Notes: generated by a model from the sequence alone, not told the origin. DNA of 64,000 nt from Nitrosopumilus sp. (GCA_965218785.1 OZ244650.1:1504001-1568000), one strand, 5' to 3'; counted from the first letter of the stretch, positions 39,730-50,557 are shown. Numbers and translations are program-made.

Positions 39730-40764
39730 ATGGGAAAAATGCGTGCCATGGTACTTTCTGAATGTGCCGCAATTGAGACAAATCCACTCAGGCTCACAGA
39801 GGTGGACAGGCATGAAATTCAAAGAACTAATGAGATTTTGCTAAAAATTGAAGCATGTGGAGTCTGTCACTCACAGCTGCACGGAATAGAGGGGGACTGG
39901 AAGGATATAGGGATTCCACCTGTTCTCCCTACAATTCCAGGTCATGAAGTGGTCGGAAAGGTAGTTCAGATCGGAGATGATGTTACAAAATTCAAAGTTG
40001 GAGACAGGGCGGGGATTACGCCGCTTTTAGAGGCATGCAAGGATTGTCAGTATTGTAAAGAGGGAAAAGAGTATCTTTGTGAATCATCAATAATTTTAGG
40101 CGAATCCTTCAAAGGAGGATATGCAGAATACGTTACGGTAATAGAAGATTTTGCAACCAAAGTTCCAGAAAGCATGAAGGCCGAATATGCCGCACCGCTA
40201 TTTTGTGCCGGAATTACTGCATACAAGGCAGTCAAGGCCGCAGAGCCAGAACGACATAAAAAAATTGGAATTTTTGGAATCGGCGGGGTAGGTCACATGG
40301 CAGTACAGTTTGCCAAAGTGGAAAACTGTGATGTTATCGCATTTTCCAGAAGCCAGAATCATCTTGACGTAGCAAGAAGACTGGGTGCAATGGATGCAAT
40401 GACTTTTTCTCAAAACCAGGGGGAATTTCTAAACAAGTTAAAGGAAAGACACGGATTGTTAGATGCCGCTATTGTTTTTGCACCGGCAGACATTGTAACT
40501 GATACTGCAATAAAATCAGTAAAAAAAGGAGGTATGATCGTCGTTGCAACCGTTGGAGAAAAGCCGGCATTTATGGCATTTGAAGAGAAAACCATCAGGG
40601 GGACGCTGATTGGTTCAACAAAAGACATGGAACAGGTCATCAAGATTTGCGGTGAGAAAAACATCGAAGTGATTTCTGAGACGTTTCCGTTGGAAAGTGC
40701 AAACATAGTGCTCAAAAAATTAAAGGATTCTGAAATTCAGGCCAGAGGGGTTTTAATCCCGTAA
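39730..40764 (+). CDS. zinc-dependent alcohol dehydrogenase
   Basis: CGVCHS, GHEVVG, structural CxxCxxCx7C, GIGGVG. Confidence 0.95.
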   Translation: MGKMRAMVLSECAAIETNPLRLTEVDRHEIQRTNEILLKIEACGVCHSQLHGIEGDWKDIGIPPVLPTIPGHEVVGKVVQIGDDVTKFKVGDRAGITPLLEACKDCQYCKEGKEYLCESSIILGESFKGGYAEYVTVIEDFATKVPESMKAEYAAPLFCAGITAYKAVKAAEPERHKKIGIFGIGGVGHMAVQFAKVENCDVIAFSRSQNHLDVARRLGAMDAMTFSQNQGEFLNKLKERHGLLDAAIVFAPADIVTDTAIKSVKKGGMIVVATVGEKPAFMAFEEKTIRGTLIGSTKDMEQVIKICGEKNIEVISETFPLESANIVLKKLKDSEIQARGVLIP

Positions 40765-40799
40765 CTTTTGGCCCAAATATCAGGAAGGATGATTTTGCC

Positions 40800-40952
40800 A
40801 TGAATTGTAAAAGATGTCACCATACAGACGAGGCACACGCCCCAAACGAAGACAGCAATTCATTAATCAAGGCGGGAAGGTGTCAGATTCCAACTTGCAC
40901 GTGTGCCCAGTATCTGGATCCAATCCAAGAGATTGATGAGGAATTATTGTAA
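40800..40952 (+). CDS. small Cys/His Zn-binding protein (50 aa, absent from ORF track)
   Basis: MNCKRCHHTDEAH...GRCQIPTCTCAQYLDPIQEIDEELL. Confidence 0.75.
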   Translation: MNCKRCHHTDEAHAPNEDSNSLIKAGRCQIPTCTCAQYLDPIQEIDEELL

Positions 40953-40985
40953 CGATTCATATATCAAAATCTTTTCAGAAAAGTC

Positions 40986-41225
40986 ATGGACAAGCACAAA
41001 CCATCAGATGAAATGATAAGGGATCTGGATAATTTGCTATCAAAACTCAATGCCATGGAGATTGTTGCATCAGATGATCAACAAAAAAATTCTGTTAAAG
41101 TTATGAGGGCGTTGGTAGAGGGTCAGATGCATTCCATAAACGAGTTTCAGCACTTGAAAAAAGCAATAGACCTGCTGACTTTGCAACTGTTTGATGTTCA
41201 AAAAGAAGTCAGGAATCAAGTCTAG
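40986..41225 (+). CDS. hypothetical coiled-coil protein
   Basis: 79-aa ORF. Confidence 0.75.
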   Translation: MDKHKPSDEMIRDLDNLLSKLNAMEIVASDDQQKNSVKVMRALVEGQMHSINEFQHLKKAIDLLTLQLFDVQKEVRNQV

Positions 41226-41709
41226 TGTCGCTCATTCCGCAACCAGTGCAGCGAAAAAGAGTGGATTTTTCAAGGGTTTTTTCAGGCTTCATCTGGGCGC
41301 CACAGCACGGACAGGAGAGTTTTTTTGAATCCAGACCCGGTTCTTTTGTTTTTCGAACAGCATAATCAGGTTCTACTTTGGGCGTATCAACGGAATTGCA
41401 GGGCGGTCTGTAATGGGTCAGAATCTTATTGAGAGTATTTTTTCTGTGATCGTTACTTGATTCAAACATCGGCAATATTGCCAGATGCAGTGATTTTTCA
41501 GAGCCAGAGTGTTGAACCCAGCATTTGAAGAGACGATGCTGAGCAAAAAAAGACTCGTCGTCGGTTTTTTCACAGTCGCCGGCATAGACAATGTTGAACC
41601 GGTCCTCGTCTCTAGACATGATCAAATACACGAGTTTTTCCATCGGTGGACCCCACTCATCAAGAGGAACAGGTCCAAGAAACTCATATTGAAGAATCTG
41701 GATGCTCAT
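41209..41709 (-). CDS. GIY-YIG-like domain plus C-terminal zinc ribbon
   Basis: LVYLI...IVYAG, YRPPCN, CPCCG...CTGCG. Confidence 0.7.
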   Translation of the reverse strand: MSIQILQYEFLGPVPLDEWGPPMEKLVYLIMSRDEDRFNIVYAGDCEKTDDESFFAQHRLFKCWVQHSGSEKSLHLAILPMFESSNDHRKNTLNKILTHYRPPCNSVDTPKVEPDYAVRKTKEPGLDSKKLSCPCCGAQMKPEKTLEKSTLFRCTGCGMSDTRLDS

Positions 41710-41828
41710 GATATTACTTTTTTATACTGACTTTTCTTTTTTTCCCAAAAAATTACCGAATATCACATATTTGATCGCAAAATCGAGTTTGAAAAGATTA
41801 AATTCAAGAGTTGTAGGTTTTTCGTTAA

Positions 41829-42077
41829 ATGAAAGACCCTCATAATTATGCAAAAGTCGGATATTCCATGATCCTAGTCTCTGCAAGTCTTGCAGCGGTG
41901 GGATTACTAGGATTGGCAATTGGCGAGGATGTGCTTTTTTCAGACAACCTACAAAGAGACAATACCATCCACTTTAATGAATGCAAGAAAAATGACTTCA
42001 TGTCAGACGGCTGTGAGAAATACTGGGACAGAATTAACAATAAAATCTCAGGAATCTATGTAGATCTGGACAGGTAG
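41829..42077 (+). CDS. small membrane protein
   Basis: TM helix followed by a Cys pair. Confidence 0.75.
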   Translation: MKDPHNYAKVGYSMILVSASLAAVGLLGLAIGEDVLFSDNLQRDNTIHFNECKKNDFMSDGCEKYWDRINNKISGIYVDLDR

Positions 42078-42079
42078 TT

Positions 42080-42766
42080 TTACAGTCCGTTGGCAAAATC
42101 TTCTATCATGTTCTGATTTTTAGTCAGTCTGTTCATTGCATAAAATGCACCACCGACGATTCCTGCCTGATAAAAGGTATACAGTAAGACGCCAGAAGAG
42201 GTGGGATCGGATTTTGTAAAACTTAGAACAAGCATGGTAAAAAATACAAACGTTCCAACAAATGTCACCAGTCTATTTAAAAATCCAAAATTCATTCCAA
42301 CGATTCTTTTAGTTGCAGCTGCCATCAGCGTGATACTGGTGATTATCAAAAAAGTAGCTCCGCCATTTGCAATGATGAAATAATTTAACCAGACCAATAG
42401 TCCGTCCTCGAGTACGGAGATATCAGGCATTATACTGCCTCCGTTTATGGCAAAGTTTACAGAGCTGAACATGCCGCCAATTACGAAAAAGAAAAGGAAT
42501 ATTTTTACAATTTTTCTTTTAAATGCGCTACGAATTTCTGTAGGCTTTACGGCCCGTTCTGTAATCTTGACACCATAAAGAAATCCTACGGCCATGGCCG
42601 GAATGAACATGATGTTGATTAGAATCGGGGATTCCCTGTTGACTGCGTCGATTTGGGGATGAAAAATTAGAAATAGAATGACTGCAAGTGTAGCTGCCAC
42701 GCCAAATAATATCAGGCCCAGATACCTGTATCCTACAGGCTCGTAGACATTACCCCAATTCTGCAT
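42080..42766 (-). CDS. multi-pass membrane hypothetical protein
   Basis: about six hydrophobic helices. Confidence 0.85.
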   Translation of the reverse strand: MQNWGNVYEPVGYRYLGLILFGVAATLAVILFLIFHPQIDAVNRESPILINIMFIPAMAVGFLYGVKITERAVKPTEIRSAFKRKIVKIFLFFFVIGGMFSSVNFAINGGSIMPDISVLEDGLLVWLNYFIIANGGATFLIITSITLMAAATKRIVGMNFGFLNRLVTFVGTFVFFTMLVLSFTKSDPTSSGVLLYTFYQAGIVGGAFYAMNRLTKNQNMIEDFANGL

Positions 42767-42869
42767 TTTATTGAGTCATAGAAAAATCATTAAAGAGCAA
42801 ATCGAAAAATCATTTGGTCAAATGGTATAGAGATTTTACCCTTTTTAATGGGAGCAGGGCAGGTCATTC

Positions 42870-43079
42870 ATGAAGATGGGTGCCTCATTAATCATCATAG
42901 GCAGCATCATCGTGGTTTCTGGCACGATATTTCAATTTCAAGGCCAGTCAGTAATAGGACCAGAGTCCTCTTTTATGTATGCAAATCCGGAATGGATCAC
43001 GTATGGAATTCAAATCGCAATAGCAGGAGCCGTGGTATGCGGTGCAGGCATAGTAATCAGCAAGCTCAGAAAAAATTAG
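42870..43079 (+). CDS. small two-TM membrane protein
   Basis: QGQSVIGPESSFMY-NPEW between two helices. Confidence 0.8.
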   Translation: MKMGASLIIIGSIIVVSGTIFQFQGQSVIGPESSFMYANPEWITYGIQIAIAGAVVCGAGIVISKLRKN

Positions 43080-43306
43080 TCAGATACGCGAAGGGTTATA
43101 GTACTTTTGATTTTTTGCATCTTTCGAATTTTTGAGGCGATTATTTCATTCATTTGTGAGGGGGTATCTGTAACAAATTCGGCAACAACGTCATAATTGC
43201 CAAAAGTTATCAGGCAATTTTTGACTTCGGGAATGTCTTTTAGTTGGGAATACAGGTACTGTTCTTCCCCCATTTCACAACTAATCAGCATGTATGCCTT
43301 GTCCAT
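43076..43306 (-). CDS. Lrp/AsnC ligand-binding-domain protein
   Basis: TFGNYDVV, KIRKM-I-STITL. Confidence 0.9.
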   Translation of the reverse strand: MDKAYMLISCEMGEEQYLYSQLKDIPEVKNCLITFGNYDVVAEFVTDTPSQMNEIIASKIRKMQKIKSTITLRVSD

Positions 43307-43373
43307 CTTATTATATCATTTTGGGATACACCAACTTAAAGACATCTAAGGAATTGTTTTGGTGAAATACATC

Positions 43374-44570
43374 TCAAAATCCAGCAAATATTGGATCGGC
43401 GGGCTTTATTATTTCCCGTAACAGAATTGTCGCAAAAGAACCCCGTGATAATGAAAATTCCACAACGTCATCATATGAGGAATAATCAGAGCAGTGCACT
43501 GCGGCCTGTCTAAAACCGCCTTCACTGCTTACTTCCTGCATCTCTTTTATGAAAAAATCTTTTGGGGCAATCTCCTCGCGTTCTAATATTTTTGAGATTT
43601 GGTAGTCAAATCTTGTTTTTTTGTAGTAAGAATATCCGACAAAAGGCAGTGCCAAGCGTTGATCTAATCCCTGTACATACTTGCCAATTATAGATTTAGA
43701 GTCAAAACAGACATCGTCTGGACGTGCTTCAAAAAGATCCTCACCGTCAGAGAAGGCCAGACTCAGAGACTGATTAAAGATAAGGGACTGGTACGCCTGA
43801 ATGTAAAATCTTCGCAGCGATATTGGAATGCGGCGAATCGCACGAAGGGCATCCCCGTGTTCAATCATTTCTTTTAGGACGATTCTCTCAATATCCATTT
43901 GGGGTGGAACCTGATCAAGGTATTTCAGATAATTCTCTCTCTCAGCAAGCTTTTCACGGATCTCGGTATTTTCCTTTGAATCAAAGACAGATGTAAAGGA
44001 CAAAATCAATTCAACTGCCTTTGGAAAATCTCTCTGCAGGATTGCCTTTCCGACAAGATGAGTGACAGGCCTTTTTGAACCAAATCTCTGATATCCATAA
44101 AAATTTAGAATTTTGTCATGGTCGGTAAAAGAAGACAGACCGGCTGCAGACTCGGAAATTTTTATTTTAAAATGATTTGCCACCATGTCTTTTTTTGACA
44201 GCGGTTTTTTTACAAATCCGATTTTTTCAACAGAGTATCTGTCTGTTGAAAAATTTTTGATTGTTTTTCCCTTATTTCCAGAACAGACAAACTGCTCAGT
44301 TATTGCAGAGGCGTCCTTTAATCCAAGCGCCTTTAAGCGTATTCCTTTTCTTCGAAAAATATCAGACAATGCATGATTGGTATCAATCTTTTTCTTTTTC
44401 AGCTTGTAAACGACGTAACCACTCTGATCATTTATGGAATTTTCCGCTTTTTGGGAGATTACTTCAGATACCTGAAAGTCTTCAGGAACAACTCTGATTT
44501 TTCCGCCTATGCCATTAAATTTTGTGCTGTAAACGTTGATGCCAATCTGAGAATCTAAATCAGGTATCAC
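43374..44570 (-). CDS. truD: tRNA pseudouridine(13) synthase
   Basis: PEDFQVSE, GLKDASAIT, NFYGYQRFG, AYQS, FSLSRGSFAT. Confidence 0.95.
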   Translation of the reverse strand: MIPDLDSQIGINVYSTKFNGIGGKIRVVPEDFQVSEVISQKAENSINDQSGYVVYKLKKKKIDTNHALSDIFRRKGIRLKALGLKDASAITEQFVCSGNKGKTIKNFSTDRYSVEKIGFVKKPLSKKDMVANHFKIKISESAAGLSSFTDHDKILNFYGYQRFGSKRPVTHLVGKAILQRDFPKAVELILSFTSVFDSKENTEIREKLAERENYLKYLDQVPPQMDIERIVLKEMIEHGDALRAIRRIPISLRRFYIQAYQSLIFNQSLSLAFSDGEDLFEARPDDVCFDSKSIIGKYVQGLDQRLALPFVGYSYYKKTRFDYQISKILEREEIAPKDFFIKEMQEVSSEGGFRQAAVHCSDYSSYDDVVEFSLSRGSFATILLREIIKPADPIFAGF

Positions 44571-46177
44571 GTTATTGTCACTGTAATGAATTTACTAACT
44601 GCAATGTCAGAAGATTGTGCCCCAAGTAAGACTTTGTATGTGCCTGGGGTGGCGTCTTCTGAGGCAGAGATCGTTGCATGAACTGTTCTGGGAGCACCAG
44701 AATCTAATTGAAACTCGTGTGGGGTATCATGATCAAGTTCGATATTTAGAAAATCACGCGTGGTGGACAGGATTAATGAGACGTCCATCAAGTCTTTTTG
44801 GGATTGAGGATATATAATGAAGTTAAAATGCTTCGAGCCTCCAGGATCAAGGGGGACAGCATCAGACTCTAGCTGGATTTCCATCGGCAGTGGCACGGAA
44901 GTATCGACTACGCCGATATTGTTTTCAACCCATTCAGTAAACCAGATTTTTTCACCATGTATGGTAAAATCAAATGTCTGTGCCAAACCGCAGTTCTCCA
45001 ACACCGTATCAATTCCAGAACAGTCTCCCCAGTAGGGATTCTTTGAGGGGATCTGATATTCCACAAGAGACTGGGATTTTGGATCCATTACGGATATGTT
45101 GTTTGCAGCATGTGGATTAAAAATTAGACGTCCCTGTTCATCCACATCAATCCAATAGGGTCGGGATATCGGAGACTGGGAAATTCCCGTCTGATTTCCA
45201 TATGTATCAAGTATGGGGTCGGCAGTGACATACTGGGTGAATTGTTCAGTCATGGGATCAAAATTAAAAAAGAACGAAGATGCCGTATCAGACAACCAGA
45301 CAGTTCCATCATCAGTTGTTACTGCCCCGTTTGGAGCAATCATTTCAGCAGGCAGTGACCAGGTCTCAACAAAGTCAGATGAAGCAAGGAGTTGTTGTTG
45401 TTGTTCTTCATCGGCATTTACAATGGAATCAAAATACTTGCTCTGATCCAATTTGACCAGAAACCCCTCACTCTGGAATAGCCAGTTTGTATACCAGACA
45501 TTATCATCTGCATCAATTGCAAAATCAGAAGTTACAGAACCATTTACAGGCGATGGAATGTCAATATAATTTGCAACCGCAGAGGATTCAGTGGGATCCA
45601 GGAATGTGAGCTTGTTTCCAACAAAATCATTTACAATAATTTGAGAACCGTGGACTAGAAGCCTTTGAGGCAGTGGGTTTTTCACGCCAGTATACGCCAG
45701 TCGCTCGTATGTCTCATCAAGAGTTGAGAACTTCCAAACAGAATCAAATGCTTCATCAGTAAACCATACTGAACCATCCGGGGCATAATCCATTCCCCAC
45801 ATCATTGAACGGCCGCCAAGCGGCCAGAAGGGATTGTCATATTCTGTGAATGACTCAGAGATCGGATCAAACTTTGCCACTTTGCCGGTATTTGTTTGGG
45901 CAAACCAAACATTTCCATAATAATCAGTTGTGATCGCCAATGGATTTGTGCACTGCGTTGGAATCGAGAATTCCTGTATGTAATCAGTGGATCTGGCAAT
46001 GCCAGAACCGCAAAATTGTGCACGTTCTTCAGGTGGGTAATTATCCGCGGGAGTCCCAGTAAGTTCAAGTTCTGGATTAGTCGGGTCAATTCCAGGAATT
46101 GCGATTGCAATAGTCGAGGTAAGCATGATTCCGCCTAAAAACGCAAATGCCAGAATTCCTTTAAGCCTCTTTTTCAC
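44567..46177 (-). CDS. secreted Vgb-lyase-like/NHL beta-propeller protein
   Basis: signal peptide; repeated GxVWF/IWFTE blades. Confidence 0.85.
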   Translation of the reverse strand: MKKRLKGILAFAFLGGIMLTSTIAIAIPGIDPTNPELELTGTPADNYPPEERAQFCGSGIARSTDYIQEFSIPTQCTNPLAITTDYYGNVWFAQTNTGKVAKFDPISESFTEYDNPFWPLGGRSMMWGMDYAPDGSVWFTDEAFDSVWKFSTLDETYERLAYTGVKNPLPQRLLVHGSQIIVNDFVGNKLTFLDPTESSAVANYIDIPSPVNGSVTSDFAIDADDNVWYTNWLFQSEGFLVKLDQSKYFDSIVNADEEQQQQLLASSDFVETWSLPAEMIAPNGAVTTDDGTVWLSDTASSFFFNFDPMTEQFTQYVTADPILDTYGNQTGISQSPISRPYWIDVDEQGRLIFNPHAANNISVMDPKSQSLVEYQIPSKNPYWGDCSGIDTVLENCGLAQTFDFTIHGEKIWFTEWVENNIGVVDTSVPLPMEIQLESDAVPLDPGGSKHFNFIIYPQSQKDLMDVSLILSTTRDFLNIELDHDTPHEFQLDSGAPRTVHATISASEDATPGTYKVLLGAQSSDIAVSKFITVTIT

Positions 46178-46222
46178 AAATAAGGAATCATAATTGCCTT
46201 GTTATATCTTATTCCAAATAAC

Positions 46223-46597
46223 TTAGAGCAGTTTCAAATCGCCGGTCACCTTATCGATCAGATTTTCAGGGGCAGGGCCAATAGAGATGCAGGTAGTGGT
46301 TCCAGGAGCTATCTGGGTATGTCCGGCATCTGTGACTTTGGACCAAGGAAGATTCAAATCAATTGCATGTCTCTGAACTTGATCAAGACTCTTTAGATCA
46401 TCCACCCTGAGTACGATTTTTTCCTGACCAACCCACCATTGTTCATACCATTGAGGGTGGGATCTTCGTACATGTTCGGCACCAAGAACGCAGGCATGTC
46501 CCACCTGGGCGGCGATCTTTCCTTTTCCCATCTGTAGATCGGTTCTAACGACAATTACCTGCTTGATATCGCCCATACTGTTATCAGATACAGGCAT
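46223..46597 (-). CDS. pth2: peptidyl-tRNA hydrolase Pth2
   Basis: MGKGKIAAQVGHA, DAGHTQIAPGT, IGP. Confidence 0.96.
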   Translation of the reverse strand: MPVSDNSMGDIKQVIVVRTDLQMGKGKIAAQVGHACVLGAEHVRRSHPQWYEQWWVGQEKIVLRVDDLKSLDQVQRHAIDLNLPWSKVTDAGHTQIAPGTTTCISIGPAPENLIDKVTGDLKLL

Positions 46598-46642
46598 GAT
46601 GAAAAACTTTTAAAATAAATAATTGACAAATAAACAAAATCT

Positions 46643-47779
46643 ATGGACTTTGATGTAGTGGTTGCAGGAGGCAGTGTTGCAGGATTGTTATGTGCCAGAG
46701 AGATTGCTTCAAATGGGTTTTCAGTACTCGTCATTGAAGAAGATTATGAGATAGGAACCCCGGAACACTGTGGAGGACTAGTAAGCATGGCAGGACTGGA
46801 GGAACTGGGCATAATTCCATTTAGAAAAACCTTTGATCATATTATAAAGACTGCCAAAGTTACAGCGCCAAACGGAAACAGTTTCACAATTAATTCAGAG
46901 AATCAAAAGGTAGTTGAGATTAGCAGAAGGGAGTTAGACAAGCAGATAGCTTTTCAAGCCCAAAAAAACGGGGCGGTAATCAAGGTCAAAACAAGTCTTC
47001 AAGAAATCACAGATACAGGAGTTAGAACCAATGAGGAAAAAATTGATTGTAAAATTATTGTTGATGCAAGGGGGGCATCATCACTTGTACAAAAGGACAG
47101 GACGGGAATTTTGTCATCGGCACAGTATGAAATCTATGCTGACTGGATTAGCAAGGGCAGTGTGGAGGTAGTCTTTGATCAGGAAAAATATCCGGGGTTC
47201 TTTGCATGGATAATTCCATCAGGTGAGGGCAAGGGCAAGGTGGGAGTTGCCGGAAGAGGCATCAACGTAGCTGAAGCGTTGGAGTGCATTCTAAAAGAAA
47301 AAGGAACGTATTCAACGATTAGAAAAATCTTTGCCCCAATCTGGATAAAGGGGCCGATTGAAAAATTTGTGGAAGGAAGGACTGTAATCATCGGAGATGC
47401 CGCAGGACAGGCAAAGCCGACCACTGCAGGAGGGATTTTTACAAGCGGAATGGGCGGAGTTTACGCAGGAGGAGCAATATCCAAATTCCTGAAAACAGGC
47501 AACAGGGAAGAACTAGAACAGTATCAAAAAAAATGGATGCGGCGGTTTGGCAAGGAATTTGAAAAACAGGCATTTGCAAGAAAAATTTTGGAACGAATAA
47601 ACAATGAAACAATCAATAAACTGTTTGAATCAGTTACGCCGGAGATCATAGCGGAGATTTCAGAAAAAGATGATTTTGATTTTCACACCAGTTCAATTGT
47701 CAAACTACTGGGAATAAAGGGATCAATTAAAACGGCACAGGCTCTAATCGGCGGGGAATTTAAAAAATTACTTGACTAA
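46643..47779 (+). CDS. geranylgeranyl reductase family FAD oxidoreductase
   Basis: VAGGSVAG, PEHCGG, FAWIIP, GDAAGQ-KPTTAGGI. Confidence 0.9.
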   Translation: MDFDVVVAGGSVAGLLCAREIASNGFSVLVIEEDYEIGTPEHCGGLVSMAGLEELGIIPFRKTFDHIIKTAKVTAPNGNSFTINSENQKVVEISRRELDKQIAFQAQKNGAVIKVKTSLQEITDTGVRTNEEKIDCKIIVDARGASSLVQKDRTGILSSAQYEIYADWISKGSVEVVFDQEKYPGFFAWIIPSGEGKGKVGVAGRGINVAEALECILKEKGTYSTIRKIFAPIWIKGPIEKFVEGRTVIIGDAAGQAKPTTAGGIFTSGMGGVYAGGAISKFLKTGNREELEQYQKKWMRRFGKEFEKQAFARKILERINNETINKLFESVTPEIIAEISEKDDFDFHTSSIVKLLGIKGSIKTAQALIGGEFKKLLD

Positions 47780-47890
47780 AACCAGATGGTTGCATGACAT
47801 ACTAAATCCAGTCCACCGTCATAACTCGATTCCAACAAGACAAAAGAACAACAGTATAAACGACACGCCCAAACTCTAAGGAAGGTATAA

Positions 47891-48094
47891 ATGATGTTGA
47901 CAGAAGATCGGGATATGTCATCTACTATTTCATTACCAACATGCAGCTGTTGTCACAAACATATTATGCCCAATGATAAATGCGTAAAATTCAACTGTCC
48001 CAACTGCGGCGAGGATTTGATTTGGAGATGTCAAAGTTGCAGGGAAGCGGCAAGAAACTATACTTGTTCATCATGCAGTTTTCAGGGACCTTAA
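47891..48094 (+). CDS. Zn-ribbon RNA-binding protein (DUF1610/HVO_2753 family)
   Basis: CSCC...FNCPNCG...WRCQSCR...[11 protein letters not shown]; upstream of EF-1beta. Confidence 0.9.
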   Translation: MMLTEDRDMSSTISLPTCSCCHKHIMPNDKCVKFNCPNCGEDLIWRCQSCREAARNYTCSSCSFQGP

Positions 48095-48098
48095 GAAA

Positions 48099-48380
48099 AT
48101 GGCACAGTTATTATTTATCACAAAAATCCTCCCAAAAGGAATCGAAGTGGATTTGGAGAAAATGGCAGAAACCATAAAGTCTTCACTGCCAGAGGGGATT
48201 ACAATGAAGAGGCATGCAAAAGAACCATTGGCGTTTGGATTGGAGTGTCTCATGGCGGAGTTCATTTTAGAAGACAAGGAAGGCCAGAGTGACGCGTTGG
48301 AGAATGCCGTAAAATCAACAGAGGGTGTTAGCGAGTTAGAAGTCCTCAACATGAGCAGAATGTCTGTTGACATGAAATAG
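48099..48380 (+). CDS. ef1b: translation elongation factor 1-beta
   Basis: EPLAFGL motif; conserved context. Confidence 0.93.
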   Translation: MAQLLFITKILPKGIEVDLEKMAETIKSSLPEGITMKRHAKEPLAFGLECLMAEFILEDKEGQSDALENAVKSTEGVSELEVLNMSRMSVDMK

Positions 48381-48388
48381 GTGGTTTT

Positions 48389-50557
48389 TTGGTACGCACC
48401 GAAGGGCCTTTGCAGATGCGAATTGGAGAGGCAAAGCAGAGGGATGTCGGTAAAAAACGTGCAAGAATCGGGCCTGATGCCATGGATTTTCTCAAGGCCA
48501 CACCGGGGGACATTATCGAGGTGATTGGTTCTAGAACCAGTTGTGCAGTTGTATGGCCAGTCGATGAGGATGAAAAGTTTCCAGACATTATTAGAGTCGA
48601 TGGGCAGACCAGAAAAAATGTCGGAGCGTCTCTAAATGACATTGTAAAGATTAAAAAAGTAACATCAAAAATTGCAAAGACGATCTCTTTAACACCTGTA
48701 AATGATTCTGTTACAGTAGACAAGGAATTCACGGATTTTGTCAAAAACAGGCTAAAGGGGCTGCCAATCACGTATGGCGATGAGATTTCAGTGATGATTC
48801 TAGGAAATTCAATGGACTTTAAAATTACAAAGACCACCCCAAAGGGAGTAGTCAAGATAGATCGTTCCACAAATCTCAACATTTCAACTGAGGCCACAGT
48901 TGACAGAAAAGTCCGCGTGACATACGAAGAAGTAGGCGGGCTCAGACACGAAGTCAAGGCAATGAGGGAGATCGTCGAGTTGCCATTAAAACATCCGGAA
49001 TTATTCTCAAGATTGGGAATTGAGCCGCACAGTGGAATTTTACTTTATGGACCGCCAGGATGTGGAAAGACCCTGCTTGCAAAAGTTCTTGCAAGTGAAT
49101 CAGAGGCCAACATGTTCTTGATTAACGGTCCGGAAATAATGAACAAGTATTATGGTGAGACAGAAGCTAAGATCAGGGATATCTTCAAAGAGGCCAAAGA
49201 CAACTCACCGAGCATAATATTCATTGATGAGATTGACGCAATTGCACCAAAAAGAGAGGAGGCCTACGGGGATGTCGAGAAGAGAGTCGTGGCCCAGTTA
49301 TTGGCATTGATGGACGGTCTTAATGACAGGGGAAACGTGATCGTACTTGGTGCTACAAACAGACCAGAAAGTGTTGATCCTGCACTTAGAAGACCGGGCA
49401 GATTTGACAGGGAGTTTGAGATATCGGTACCCAATGAAGATGAAAGACTGGATATTCTTTTGATTCACACCCGCGGGATGCCGGTAAATGATGATGTGGA
49501 TCTAAAAGATCTGTCATCGGAACTGCACGGATATACCGGTGCGGACATCAAATCGCTTTGCAGAGAGGCGGCAATGAAATCAATTAGAAGATACTTGCCG
49601 GAAATTGATCTAGAGACGGAAAAAATTTCCTCCAAGGTACTACAATCAATGCAGATCAAACTAATTGATTTTTACGATGCAATGCACGAGGTGATTCCCA
49701 CGGCAATGAGGGAATTTTATGTTGAAAGACCAAAGATATGGTGGAAAGATGTAGGAGGATTAGATGCGATCAAGAAATCATTGACAGACAACCTCATTAC
49801 TGCAATGAGAGAACCAAGTAAGTTCACAAAGATGGGAATCAGGGCGCCAAGGGGAGCTTTGATATATGGACCGCCAGGATGTGGAAAGACCCTGCTTGGT
49901 CGGGCACTAGCTACTGAAACTGGTGCAAACATGATTTTAGTCAGGGGACCTGAGATTCTTTCAAAATGGATTGGAGAGTCTGAAAAGGCAGTCAGAGAGA
50001 TATTTAGAAAGGCAAAGGCATCCTCGCCATGCGTGGTTATTTTTGATGAATTAGACTCGTTGGCACGTTACAGGTCAGGAGAAGGCGGTGTAAGTGAGAC
50101 TGTCCTGAGTCAATTACTCACAGAGATTGAGGAGGGCGTCTCTTCACGGGTGGTGGTAATTGGAATAACAAACAGACCCGATGTCTTGGATAACTCCTTG
50201 TTGAGAACAGGAAGGCTGGACTTGGTTTTATATGTAGAGCCTCCAGATGAAAAGGGGAGATTGGAGATCATCAAAATTCTAACTAGAAAAATGCCGCTAA
50301 CAGGTGACATAAAACTACAAGAGATCGCAGTTGCTACACAAAATTATACGGGCGCGGATTTGGCGGCACTTTGCAGGGAGGCGGCAGTTCAAGCCATGAA
50401 AAACAATTCATCGAAAATATCGAGCCAGGATTTTGCAAATAGTTTGAAGCAAATCAGGCCGTCTATTACTAAGGAAGTGGATCAGTGGTACAACACCGTA
50501 AGAGAAAGTATATCTAACGTGGTACCAAAGTCAGGAGATAAAACATTCTACGGATAA
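48389..50557 (+). CDS. cdc48: CDC48/VCP-family AAA ATPase
   Basis: N-domain RDVG; two GPPGCGKT Walker A motifs; RRPGRFDRE. Confidence 0.97.
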   Translation: MVRTEGPLQMRIGEAKQRDVGKKRARIGPDAMDFLKATPGDIIEVIGSRTSCAVVWPVDEDEKFPDIIRVDGQTRKNVGASLNDIVKIKKVTSKIAKTISLTPVNDSVTVDKEFTDFVKNRLKGLPITYGDEISVMILGNSMDFKITKTTPKGVVKIDRSTNLNISTEATVDRKVRVTYEEVGGLRHEVKAMREIVELPLKHPELFSRLGIEPHSGILLYGPPGCGKTLLAKVLASESEANMFLINGPEIMNKYYGETEAKIRDIFKEAKDNSPSIIFIDEIDAIAPKREEAYGDVEKRVVAQLLALMDGLNDRGNVIVLGATNRPESVDPALRRPGRFDREFEISVPNEDERLDILLIHTRGMPVNDDVDLKDLSSELHGYTGADIKSLCREAAMKSIRRYLPEIDLETEKISSKVLQSMQIKLIDFYDAMHEVIPTAMREFYVERPKIWWKDVGGLDAIKKSLTDNLITAMREPSKFTKMGIRAPRGALIYGPPGCGKTLLGRALATETGANMILVRGPEILSKWIGESEKAVREIFRKAKASSPCVVIFDELDSLARYRSGEGGVSETVLSQLLTEIEEGVSSRVVVIGITNRPDVLDNSLLRTGRLDLVLYVEPPDEKGRLEIIKILTRKMPLTGDIKLQEIAVATQNYTGADLAALCREAAVQAMKNNSSKISSQDFANSLKQIRPSITKEVDQWYNTVRESISNVVPKSGDKTFYG

